64,000 bases of DNA, from assembly GCA_048268245.1 (NCBI GenBank), contig JBLWVX010000007.1, forward strand, positions 32,319 to 96,318, in the 5' to 3' direction. This DNA comes from Arcobacteraceae bacterium (GTDB taxonomy: Bacteria > Campylobacterota > Campylobacteria > Campylobacterales > Arcobacteraceae). The stretch's first letter is position 1; every line of letters begins with the position of its first letter. A program made the position numbers and the translations under genes. Shown piece by piece: positions 38,566 through 46,739 of the stretch. The notes beneath the pieces are model-generated. The model had not been told where the DNA came from and did no database searches. It saw only the letters and a list, made by a program, of their open reading frames with translations.

Positions 38566-39614
38566 TGGCAGAAGAACAAAAAGAAGAAGAGTTAGAATTA
38601 ACACTAGAAGAGACTCAAGACTCTTCAAATGATACACAAACAAATGATAAAGTTAATGACAATAACTCAAATAATGAAGATACGTCTGATGAAAAACCAA
38701 GTTTTAAAAAGAAAAAAGATGATAATAAAATCAAAAAAATACTTTTTGGAGTAATTGGTTTTTTAGTTTTAACACTTATAATTGGATTAATACTTTATTT
38801 AATGGGATTTTTTGATCCAGAAGAACAAAAAGAAGAAATTCCTGATAAACCCATAGCTCAAAAACAAATTACTCAGCCAAAAGATGAGTACAAATTTAGT
38901 TTAAAAGATGTAAACACTGATAATTTAAATAAAGAGCTTTCAAAACTAACAAACAAAGATATTTTAGCTAAAAAAGAACAAGATAAGATAGAAGAACAGA
39001 AGCAAATATTAGAGAAAGAAAGACAAGAATATAAAGAAAAACTTTCCCAGCAAGAAGAAGAATTAACAAAAGAAAAAGAACTACTTCAGGCTAAAAAAGA
39101 GAAATTAGAAATACAAAAAAATGAACTTGAAATTTTAAAAGAACAAGCAAAATCTTTAAAAGAAGAAATGCTAAGAGAAAAAGAAATATTAGAAGTTGAA
39201 AGAGAAAAATTAATTCTTGCTCAAATGGAAATAGAAAATACTATTAAACATGAAGAGAATAAGAAAGAACAAGAAATGTCAAAGCAAACACCTTCAAATG
39301 AATTAATAACTGCTTCTAAGGAGCAAATGCTAACAAATACAAATGAATCACTTGATACAGAATTTGTAAATCTAATTAATGTAGCAAAAATAAAAGGTGA
39401 ACTATTTAAAGATTATTTAGACAAAATTTTAGCTATTCATAATAATGTATTACTATGTAGAGATGACTTCAATAATATTGAAATATATTTTGGTCCATTT
39501 ACTGATAATAATCAAAGAAATGAGATATTCAATAAACTAAATACAACTGACTTTTCAAATGCATATGAAGTTGAACTAACAAGAGAAGAGTTTGATAAAA
39601 GATGTAATTATTAG
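38565..39614 (+). CDS. Bitopic membrane protein: acidic N-terminus, TM helix, long coiled coil, C-terminal SPOR-like domain
   Basis: TM ILFGVIGFLVLTLIIGLILYLMGFF; E/K-rich heptads; IEIYFGPFTD..QRNEIFNKL...FSNAYEV is SPOR-like; two Cys in the C-terminal domain. Confidence 0.65.
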   Translation: MAEEQKEEELELTLEETQDSSNDTQTNDKVNDNNSNNEDTSDEKPSFKKKKDDNKIKKILFGVIGFLVLTLIIGLILYLMGFFDPEEQKEEIPDKPIAQKQITQPKDEYKFSLKDVNTDNLNKELSKLTNKDILAKKEQDKIEEQKQILEKERQEYKEKLSQQEEELTKEKELLQAKKEKLEIQKNELEILKEQAKSLKEEMLREKEILEVEREKLILAQMEIENTIKHEENKKEQEMSKQTPSNELITASKEQMLTNTNESLDTEFVNLINVAKIKGELFKDYLDKILAIHNNVLLCRDDFNNIEIYFGPFTDNNQRNEIFNKLNTTDFSNAYEVELTREEFDKRCNY

Positions 39615-39622
39615 TAAACTCA

Positions 39623-40153
39623 CTATGAGTTTTCTAATATTACAAAAGCATCTTGTACATTTATAATTTTATTCTCAATATCTACATTTAAAATATATTT
39701 ATCAAAAATATGAGGTAGTAAAAAAGTTTTAGGTAGACCTTTTTCTACTAATTCATCAGATGTTTTAATTTCAAGATAATCACTAGAAGGATATCTATGA
39801 AGCTCTACTACAACACCTAATTCTAGATCATTTTCAATTATTTTACAATCCATTAAATCAAACCAAAAATGCTCATTTTCTTCTAATTTACAGTTTTGTC
39901 TTGTTTGCTCTGGCGTTGAAAATAGTTGCTGATTAGTAAGTTTTTTTGCAAGATCAACATCTTCATAATCTTCAAATTGAATAATCTCTCTATTTGCATT
40001 ATACTCTTTTACAATTAGTGATGTCTTTTTATTTGTAATAAATTCTGAACCTTTTTTGAACTGTTCAGGGAAGTCTGAGTCAATGAAAAGTCTTAAATGA
40101 CCTTTCAGACCCACAGCTTTTCCAAGCTTAGCTACGTAAATTTTATCATTCAT
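39623..40153 (-). CDS. rimM: Ribosome maturation factor RimM
   Basis: AKLGKAVGLKG; FWFDLMDC...LGVV; position after rpsP-khpA. Confidence 0.95.
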   Translation of the reverse strand: MNDKIYVAKLGKAVGLKGHLRLFIDSDFPEQFKKGSEFITNKKTSLIVKEYNANREIIQFEDYEDVDLAKKLTNQQLFSTPEQTRQNCKLEENEHFWFDLMDCKIIENDLELGVVVELHRYPSSDYLEIKTSDELVEKGLPKTFLLPHIFDKYILNVDIENKIINVQDAFVILENS

Positions 40154-40159
40154 AGAAAA

Positions 40160-40399
40160 CTACTTAGATACCACTTGAATTTTATAAGAAATACCATCTT
40201 TTGCTTTACAACCATTTGCCATAGTTTTTAAAGCATTAATCATATTTCCATTCTTACCAATTAGTTTGCCAATATCAACACTATTAGCTACAATTGTTAT
40301 TTCTGCAAATGTATCATCAATCATCTCTTTATAAACCTTAATATCATTAGGTTCACTAACAATTAATTTTGCATAGTTTTCTATAAATTTAGTAATCAT
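40160..40399 (-). CDS. khpA: KH-domain RNA-binding protein KhpA
   Basis: DIGKLIGKNGNMINAL (GxxG loop); between rpsP and rimM. Confidence 0.9.
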   Translation of the reverse strand: MITKFIENYAKLIVSEPNDIKVYKEMIDDTFAEITIVANSVDIGKLIGKNGNMINALKTMANGCKAKDGISYKIQVVSK

Positions 40400-40415
40400 T
40401 ACTTATCTCGATGAA

Positions 40416-40643
40416 TTATTTAGCTGCTAATTTTTTAACTTTTTCAGATGGCTTAGCACCAACACTTAACCAGTAGTTATATCTTTCTTCATCTAATTTT
40501 AATACTTTTGGCTCTGAAACTGGGTTAAAGTAACCAATTGATTCAATCCATCCTGAATCTCTTCTTTTTCTTGAGTCTGTTACAACGATTCTGTAAAATG
40601 GTTTCTTGTTTCTACCCATTCTAGTTAATCTAATTACTGTCAT
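40416..40643 (-). CDS. rpsP: 30S ribosomal protein S16
   Basis: [25 protein letters not shown]...[10 protein letters not shown]. Confidence 0.98.
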   Translation of the reverse strand: MTVIRLTRMGRNKKPFYRIVVTDSRKRRDSGWIESIGYFNPVSEPKVLKLDEERYNYWLSVGAKPSEKVKKLAAK

Positions 40644-40671
40644 GTTATTTTCCTTTAATTTTTTTACTATT

Positions 40672-40717
40672 ATAGTATTGAATTCTAAACTCCATAAAGT
40701 TTACAGCTCAATACTAT
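40672..40717 (-). other. Long imperfect hairpin between ffh and rpsP
   Basis: Minus strand ATAGTATTGAGCTGTAAACTT-TATG-GAGTTTAGAATTCAATACTAT; perfect 10-bp base, no minus-strand U-tail. Confidence 0.65.
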
Positions 40718-40727
40718 TAAGTATTTT

Positions 40728-42080
40728 TTATTTAGGGATTTTTGGCATCCCACCAGGTCCCATCTGAGACATCATATTTTGAAGACCTTTCATTCCACCT
40801 TTTGATGAAAGTTTCTTAGCCATTTTTGAAGCATTTTTAAATTGCTTTAAAATTTTATTTATTTGCATTTCTGTTAAACCAGAACCTTTTGCAATTCTTT
40901 TCTTTCTTGAAGCATTCATTAAGCTTGGTTGTTCTCTCTCTTTTGGAGTCATTGAACCAATTAAAGCTTTAATCCTTTTAATCTCATCAGAGTTTTCAAA
41001 ATCCATATCTTTTAATGGCCCAGCCATTTGTGAAAGTCCTGGAATCATTCCGATAATAGATTTCATTGAACCTAATTTACTCATCATTGCAAGTTGATCT
41101 AAGAAATCATTGAAGTTAAATTCACCTTTTTTAATTTTCTTAGTAACTTCTTTTGCTTTTTTTTCATCAATTACAGCAGATGTTTTCTCAGCTAAACCTT
41201 CAATATCACCTGCACCCATTAATCTAGATACAATTCTATCAGGAATAAATACTTCAAGATCTGGCATTTTTTCACCAATACCAACAAATCTTAATGGAAT
41301 TCCTACTTGATGAGCAATAGATAAGGCAACTCCACCTTTTGTATCACCATCATATTTAGAAAGGATAACACCATCAATTCCAATTTTTTCTTTGAATGTA
41401 GTTGCCGTTTTAGTTGCATCATGACCTGTTAAAGAGTCAGCCACATAAAAAATCTCATCTACTTTAATAGAGTCTCTAACTTCTTTTAATTGAAGCATTA
41501 ACTCTTCATCAATCGCAAGTCTACCTGCTGTATCCACTAATAATACATCATAGTGTTCAGTTTTTGCTTTTTCTTGTGCTGCAATTGCAATTTTTACTGG
41601 ATCTTTTTCATTATCATCAAAGTAAATATCAACTTCAACTTGTGCTGCAATTTGTTTTAATTGCTCTACCGCTGCTAATCTTTGTAAGTCAGCTGCTGCT
41701 ACTAAAACTTTTTTCTTTCTTTGCTTTAAATAGTTAGCTAACTTACCTGTAGTTGTTGTTTTACCTGACCCTTGAAGTCCTGTCATTAAAATCGTTGTTG
41801 GAGGAGTATTTGAGAATACAAAACCTTGATTACCATCAGTAGTTAAAAGCTTTGTTAATTCATCTTTTAAGGCATTTAAGAAAGAGTCTTGCCCTATTCC
41901 ATTTTTCTTTGTTTCTAATTCAACAGAAGTAATTAACTCTTTTGTAGTTTTATGATGTACATCAGATTTTAATAAAGATTTTCTAAGTTCTGTTACTGCT
42001 TTTTTTAATGAAGCAGCATCATCTTTATGTCTTATTTTATTAACTGCACTTTTTATTGAACCGGTTATTGAATCAAACAA
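40728..42080 (-). CDS. ffh: Signal recognition particle protein Ffh
   Basis: GLQGSGKTTT, DTAGRL, KYDGDTKGG; Met-rich M domain; TTG start. Confidence 0.98.
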   Translation of the reverse strand: MFDSITGSIKSAVNKIRHKDDAASLKKAVTELRKSLLKSDVHHKTTKELITSVELETKKNGIGQDSFLNALKDELTKLLTTDGNQGFVFSNTPPTTILMTGLQGSGKTTTTGKLANYLKQRKKKVLVAAADLQRLAAVEQLKQIAAQVEVDIYFDDNEKDPVKIAIAAQEKAKTEHYDVLLVDTAGRLAIDEELMLQLKEVRDSIKVDEIFYVADSLTGHDATKTATTFKEKIGIDGVILSKYDGDTKGGVALSIAHQVGIPLRFVGIGEKMPDLEVFIPDRIVSRLMGAGDIEGLAEKTSAVIDEKKAKEVTKKIKKGEFNFNDFLDQLAMMSKLGSMKSIIGMIPGLSQMAGPLKDMDFENSDEIKRIKALIGSMTPKEREQPSLMNASRKKRIAKGSGLTEMQINKILKQFKNASKMAKKLSSKGGMKGLQNMMSQMGPGGMPKIPK

Positions 42081-42110
42081 AACGAAACTCCATGATTTTA
42101 AATTTTGAGG

Positions 42111-42116
42111 ATTATA
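42111..42116 (-). promoter_or_regulatory. -10 (TATAAT) of the ffh-rpsP-khpA-rimM promoter
   Basis: Minus strand ...TTAAAGTATTTTAAAAGTATAAT about 30 nt before the ffh start, downstream of a terminator. Confidence 0.6.
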
Positions 42117-42198
42117 CTTTTAAAATACTTTAAGTAAGGTTAAATAAGAATAGAATTAAGTTTTTTTTCAGAAACATTTTTAAGTTTCTTCATATAAG

Positions 42199-42227
42199 AA
42201 GCCCTAAAAAAGGGCTTTTTGTTTTTT
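42199..42227. terminator. Rho-independent terminator after the pseudouridine synthase gene (possibly bidirectional)
   Basis: AAGCCCT-AAAAA-AGGGCTT stem-loop with T-rich flanks. Confidence 0.75.
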
Positions 42228-42253
42228 TAGATAGTCTACTTTAAACTTAATTT

Positions 42254-43009
42254 TTAATTAAATTCATACACATTAAATTCTCTAGGTTCTCTAGCTTCAA
42301 ATTCATAGTCTAAAATTTTAGTCTTTTTTGAGTGAAGTAATACTCTATTAATATTAGGTGCTGCTTTACCATAAACTGCATCACCAATTATAGGTAGACC
42401 AACTGAATTTAAGTGAACTCTAATTTGATGTGTTCTACCTGATTCAATAACAACTTTAATCTTTGATTTTTTACCTTCAACTAGCATTGGATAAACAGTA
42501 GTTTTTGCATGCTTACCTTTTTTAGTATCAATCTTAGATTTAGCACTTCCTTTTCTCTCTCTTGTAGTTAAAATTGGCTTATCTATTTCAATTTCATCAA
42601 CTACTCTACCCTCAACTATTGCAACATACTCTTTATAAACTCTATTTGCTGCAAACTCTTTAATAGCTTTTACTCTAAACTCTTCAGTTTTAGCAAACAT
42701 CATTACACCAGATGTCTCTTTATCAAGTCTATTTAAAAGTATTGCATCTTTAAACTTTTTTGCTACTTCATCTGCTGTTAAAAATGCTGGTTTATCTACA
42801 GCAATGATATTATCATCTTGGAAAAGTACTTTTACTTCATTTGGTAATTTAACACTGAATTTTGTATCAGTGCTAATCTCACCTCTTGCAATCATTACTT
42901 TTTTACCCTCAGCTCTTACTAAACCTTTATCAATTAAGTCTTTTGCTTTTGAATTTGAGATATTTTCTTGTTTTGCTAATACTTTGTATGCTTTATCATA
43001 AGTTGCCAT
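42254..43009 (-). CDS. RluA-family RNA pseudouridine synthase with an S4 domain
   Basis: VDKPA, NRLDKETSGV and GRTHQIRVH...PIIGD.VYG motifs. Confidence 0.93.
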   Translation of the reverse strand: MATYDKAYKVLAKQENISNSKAKDLIDKGLVRAEGKKVMIARGEISTDTKFSVKLPNEVKVLFQDDNIIAVDKPAFLTADEVAKKFKDAILLNRLDKETSGVMMFAKTEEFRVKAIKEFAANRVYKEYVAIVEGRVVDEIEIDKPILTTRERKGSAKSKIDTKKGKHAKTTVYPMLVEGKKSKIKVVIESGRTHQIRVHLNSVGLPIIGDAVYGKAAPNINRVLLHSKKTKILDYEFEAREPREFNVYEFN

Positions 43010-44144
43010 TTATTTCCTTTATTATAGGTTCTAGTGAACCTATTTTTGTTAATTGTGATTTTTCTAAAGTATCTAATTTATTTAAATACTCACCTAATTG
43101 TTCGTTTTCAATTAAATAGTAATTCTTTACACACTCAAAAAGTGGTTTTTGATTAAATATATTTTTACCACTAATAATTTTACATGAAAAATATGCAGGC
43201 TCAATTGGGTTATGTCCTCCGATTTTTTCAAAAGCTCCACCTAATACAACAGTATTTGATATTGCAAAAATTTCATTTAAAATACCCATTTTATCTATAA
43301 GTATTATATCTGATTCAAAATTCTGCTTTGTAGAAAATTTATGATATGTAATATCACTATTTTCTACAAATTTTCTAATTAATACATCAACCTTATCAAA
43401 CCTTTCAGGATGTCTTGGAACTATTAAAAGTTTCCCAAAAGATTTTTTATAAACATTTAATATTAACTCTTCTTCTTTTTCATGTGTACTTGCTGCTGTT
43501 ATAACATTTGTATCTAATTTATTAAAAATGTTTTCAACTTTTGGAAGTTGAGCTAATTTTATGTTACCTATAACTTCCACATTTTTTGCACCTAAACTCT
43601 CTAATCTTTTTTTATCAAGTTGACTTTGTGCAAATACTTTATCAATATTTTCAAAAACCTTTTTATAAAAAAATGACAATTTCTTATATGAACTATAAGA
43701 CTTATCAGAAATTCTTGCATTTATTAAAAAAGTCTTTGCACCTTTTGCTCTTGCACATAAAAACAACATATACCAAAGCTCTGCTTCCATAACCACTAAA
43801 ACCTTTTGTTTGTTCACCCAAAATGGTAAAAAAATCTCAAAAGGTAAATACCTTACATTTGAAGTAGATTTTTTAGCTTCTTCAAAACCTGTATTTGTAA
43901 TTACTGAAACATTAGCTAAATTACTAAACTCATCTATTAAAGGTTTAATAGCTTTTGTTTCTCCCATAGAACATGAGTGAAACCACACACCATTTTCTTT
44001 AAACTTTTTATTGTTTTTTAAAAAAAATTTTGCTGGGATTGCTTCTTTATATTTTGTAGTTCTTGATTTATAAAATAAATAAGGTAGTGCAAGTATATAT
44101 ATTACAAAAAGTAATATGTAATAGAATATACTAAAAAGGCTCAA
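42996..44144 (-). CDS. waaA: Kdo transferase WaaA
   Basis: WFHSCSMGE, EAELW, NARIS, PRHPERF and GGHNPIEPA motifs. Confidence 0.95.
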   Translation of the reverse strand: MSLFSIFYYILLFVIYILALPYLFYKSRTTKYKEAIPAKFFLKNNKKFKENGVWFHSCSMGETKAIKPLIDEFSNLANVSVITNTGFEEAKKSTSNVRYLPFEIFLPFWVNKQKVLVVMEAELWYMLFLCARAKGAKTFLINARISDKSYSSYKKLSFFYKKVFENIDKVFAQSQLDKKRLESLGAKNVEVIGNIKLAQLPKVENIFNKLDTNVITAASTHEKEEELILNVYKKSFGKLLIVPRHPERFDKVDVLIRKFVENSDITYHKFSTKQNFESDIILIDKMGILNEIFAISNTVVLGGAFEKIGGHNPIEPAYFSCKIISGKNIFNQKPLFECVKNYYLIENEQLGEYLNKLDTLEKSQLTKIGSLEPIIKEINGNL

Positions 44145-44146
44145 AA

Positions 44147-44866
44147 TTAAGCCTCTTCAGTTTCATCTTCTTTATATAGAATTCTTCCACAGTGTGGACA
44201 GTTGATAATCTCTTCTGACTTGATTACTTCTGCATATGTCTTATCATTGATTTTCATATAACATCCATAACAAGCTTGTTTTTTTACAGGAACTACAGCT
44301 GAGTCTTTTGCCCATCTTTTAATTTTTTCATAGAAAGTTAAAATTTTATTATCAAATTTCTCTAATAATTCACTTCTTTCTTGGTAGACTACATTTCTTT
44401 CTTGATTAATCTCTTCAATTGTATTATCAACTGATAATTGGATATCTTTGATAGATTCTTCTTCTTCAGCTAATTTTTCTTGAAGCTCTTTTAACTCTTC
44501 TTCTCTAGCACTTGCTAAAGTATCAAGTCTTTCAATCTCTTCATTTGCAAATGAGATTTGTTCTTTTGCTATTTCTTCTTCTAACTGTAAAGCTTTTAAC
44601 TCTTTTTCAGTTTGAACATCTTTATTTTTCTTAGCAATATCTTCTAATTTAGACTTTAATTCTGCTAAATGGATATTGTTTTTTGTTCTTTTAGATTTGA
44701 TTTCATCAATCTCTAAATAAATATCATTTATTGATTTTTTAATTGACTCTGCTGTTTCAATAAATGTTGCTAATTTTGCCTTTTCATTTTCGATTTTAGG
44801 CTCAAACATACTAATTGCTTTATCAAATTTTGATAACTTGATTAGATCCTGTAAATACTTATTCAA
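44147..44866 (-). CDS. Coiled-coil C4 zinc-ribbon protein (HP0958/CT398 family)
   Basis: Long coiled coil followed by CYGC...CPHCGRILY; likely TTG start at 44866 with GGAG SD. Confidence 0.9.
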   Translation of the reverse strand: MNKYLQDLIKLSKFDKAISMFEPKIENEKAKLATFIETAESIKKSINDIYLEIDEIKSKRTKNNIHLAELKSKLEDIAKKNKDVQTEKELKALQLEEEIAKEQISFANEEIERLDTLASAREEELKELQEKLAEEEESIKDIQLSVDNTIEEINQERNVVYQERSELLEKFDNKILTFYEKIKRWAKDSAVVPVKKQACYGCYMKINDKTYAEVIKSEEIINCPHCGRILYKEDETEEA

Positions 44867-45614
44867 CCGTTTCTCCTTGTTTAAAAAACTCAAATGGATT
44901 TTTTGAAGCTGTTATTATAGCTTTTAATTCATTTTTTTTCAAATATTCTGAAAGTAGCGACTCTAAAAGCTCACTAAAAAATCTTTCACTCTCATAATGT
45001 CTTATATCAATTAAAGAAATCCCTCTTGCTTTTGCTTCCATAGCATCATGATATTTAATATCACCTGTTAAAAAACAATCAGCTTGAACTTCTCCTAATA
45101 AAGACATTCCTGCCCCTGTAACAATAGCAACTTTTTTTATTTCATCACTACATTTAACTGCTTTTGTTGTTTTAAGATTTAGTTTTGTAGAAATATACTT
45201 TACTAAATCTTCAAATTTCATATTCACATTTGAATATGAAATAAACTCTTCACTATTTAAAATATCAAAACCTAAAACTTCATTGATTACATATTTATTT
45301 AAATGTGTTTTATCAATATTTGTATGCATTGAAATCAAAGCAATATCTTTTTTAATTAGCTGCTTTAAAATTTTAGTAGTGTAAGAATCATAATTAACTC
45401 TTTTAAGTCCTGAAAAAATCAATGGATGATGTGTGATTATTAAACTATTTGGTTCAATTTGTTCAACTAAAGCTTCATCTAAATCAATACTAATATGTAC
45501 TTCTTTAATTTCATCTTCCATCGAACCAACTAATAAACCTGAGTTATCCCATTTTTCTTGAAGCTCAAAAGGAGATAATTCATTTAAATAGTTATAAATA
45601 TCTTTTACTTTCAA
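44859..45614 (-). CDS. Nif3-like dinuclear metal-centre protein
   Basis: EKWDNSGLLVG, THHPLIF, HTNID, TGDIKYH and HYESE motifs. Confidence 0.93.
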   Translation of the reverse strand: MKVKDIYNYLNELSPFELQEKWDNSGLLVGSMEDEIKEVHISIDLDEALVEQIEPNSLIITHHPLIFSGLKRVNYDSYTTKILKQLIKKDIALISMHTNIDKTHLNKYVINEVLGFDILNSEEFISYSNVNMKFEDLVKYISTKLNLKTTKAVKCSDEIKKVAIVTGAGMSLLGEVQADCFLTGDIKYHDAMEAKARGISLIDIRHYESERFFSELLESLLSEYLKKNELKAIITASKNPFEFFKQGETVE

Positions 45615-45623
45615 ATGTCTACC

Positions 45624-46562
45624 TTATGCAAATAGTTCTGGTTTTGTTTCTTTTAGATTAGCCAAAGCTTTTTTAGCTGCAATGCTATCAACTTTTTCTA
45701 ATCTTTGAACTTCTTGTTCTTTATATAAAACAGCACAACCTTGAGCTAATTCTCTAACTTTTAAGATATAGTTTTGTCTTTCAGTAACAGAAATAGCTTT
45801 TCTTGCATCTAAAGTATTAAAAGCATGTGAAGCTATCATACATTGGTCATAAGCTGGAAGTGGAAGTCCATTTTCTAAACAAGATTTACACTCATTAAAA
45901 GCATCATCAAAATGTCTAAATAACATCTCAGTATTAGCTACTTCAAAGTTATATTTAGAGAATTCATATTCATCTTCTTTATGAACATCAGCATAAGTTG
46001 TAACACCATGAGCATTTTCATTCCATACAATATCAAATACAGAATCAACACCTTGTAAATACATAGCAAGTCTTTCTGTTCCATATGTAATTTCAACTGC
46101 AACAGGATCACAAGGAAGACCTCCTACTTGTTGGAAGTAAGTAAACTGAGTAACTTCCATACCATCAAGCCATACTTCCCATCCAAGCCCCCATGCTCCA
46201 AGAGTTGGTGACTCCCAGTTATCTTCAACAAATCTAATATCATGTTTAGATAAATCTAAACCTAAATACTCTAAAGATTGTAAATATAAATCTTGAATAT
46301 TATCTGGACTTGGTTTAATTAAAGTTTGAAACTGATAATAAGCTCCAAGTCTATTTGGATTTTCACCATATCTTCCATCAGTTGGTCTTCTACTTGGTGC
46401 AACATAAGCTGTACTCCAAGGAGTTGAATCTAAACTTCTTAAAAGTGTTGCTGGATGAAATGTACCAGCACCTGCTGGAATATCGTAAGGTTGAACAATA
46501 TTACAACCTTGATTAGCCCAGAACTCTTGTAATTTTAATAGAATTTGTGAAAATGTAACCAT
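45624..46562 (-). CDS. glyQ: Glycine--tRNA ligase alpha subunit
   Basis: [45 protein letters not shown]. Confidence 0.98.
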   Translation of the reverse strand: MVTFSQILLKLQEFWANQGCNIVQPYDIPAGAGTFHPATLLRSLDSTPWSTAYVAPSRRPTDGRYGENPNRLGAYYQFQTLIKPSPDNIQDLYLQSLEYLGLDLSKHDIRFVEDNWESPTLGAWGLGWEVWLDGMEVTQFTYFQQVGGLPCDPVAVEITYGTERLAMYLQGVDSVFDIVWNENAHGVTTYADVHKEDEYEFSKYNFEVANTEMLFRHFDDAFNECKSCLENGLPLPAYDQCMIASHAFNTLDARKAISVTERQNYILKVRELAQGCAVLYKEQEVQRLEKVDSIAAKKALANLKETKPELFA

Positions 46563-46675
46563 TAATTTATTTCCTACTTTTAAATTTTCAAAACCATAGA
46601 TCTAACAATAATTAATTTAATCTATTTTATTACATCCATGCTTTTGATTGTTTATTTTTAGTATTTTAAAAGAAG

Positions 46676-46717
46676 TAGACTATATATCAAGGTGAAGACT
46701 TAAAGATAAATAGTCTA
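46676..46717 (-). terminator. Hairpin with a U-rich tail between the GT9-like gene and glyQ
   Basis: Minus strand TAGACTAT...ATAGTCTA stem with inner pairing, followed by CTTCTTTT. Confidence 0.55.
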
Positions 46718-46739
46718 GTTCATAAAGTGTAAGATTATA

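Noticed and set aside
44147..44866. Zn-ribbon protein as a novel flagellar factor
   Set aside because: It belongs to a known family (HP0958/CT398) and sits in its usual nif3-waaA context.
46563..46739. T-box riboswitch or leader peptide for glyQ
   Set aside because: No T-box consensus (TGGnACC) is present, and the mini-ORFs (MN, MDVIK, MVLKI) contain no Gly codons.
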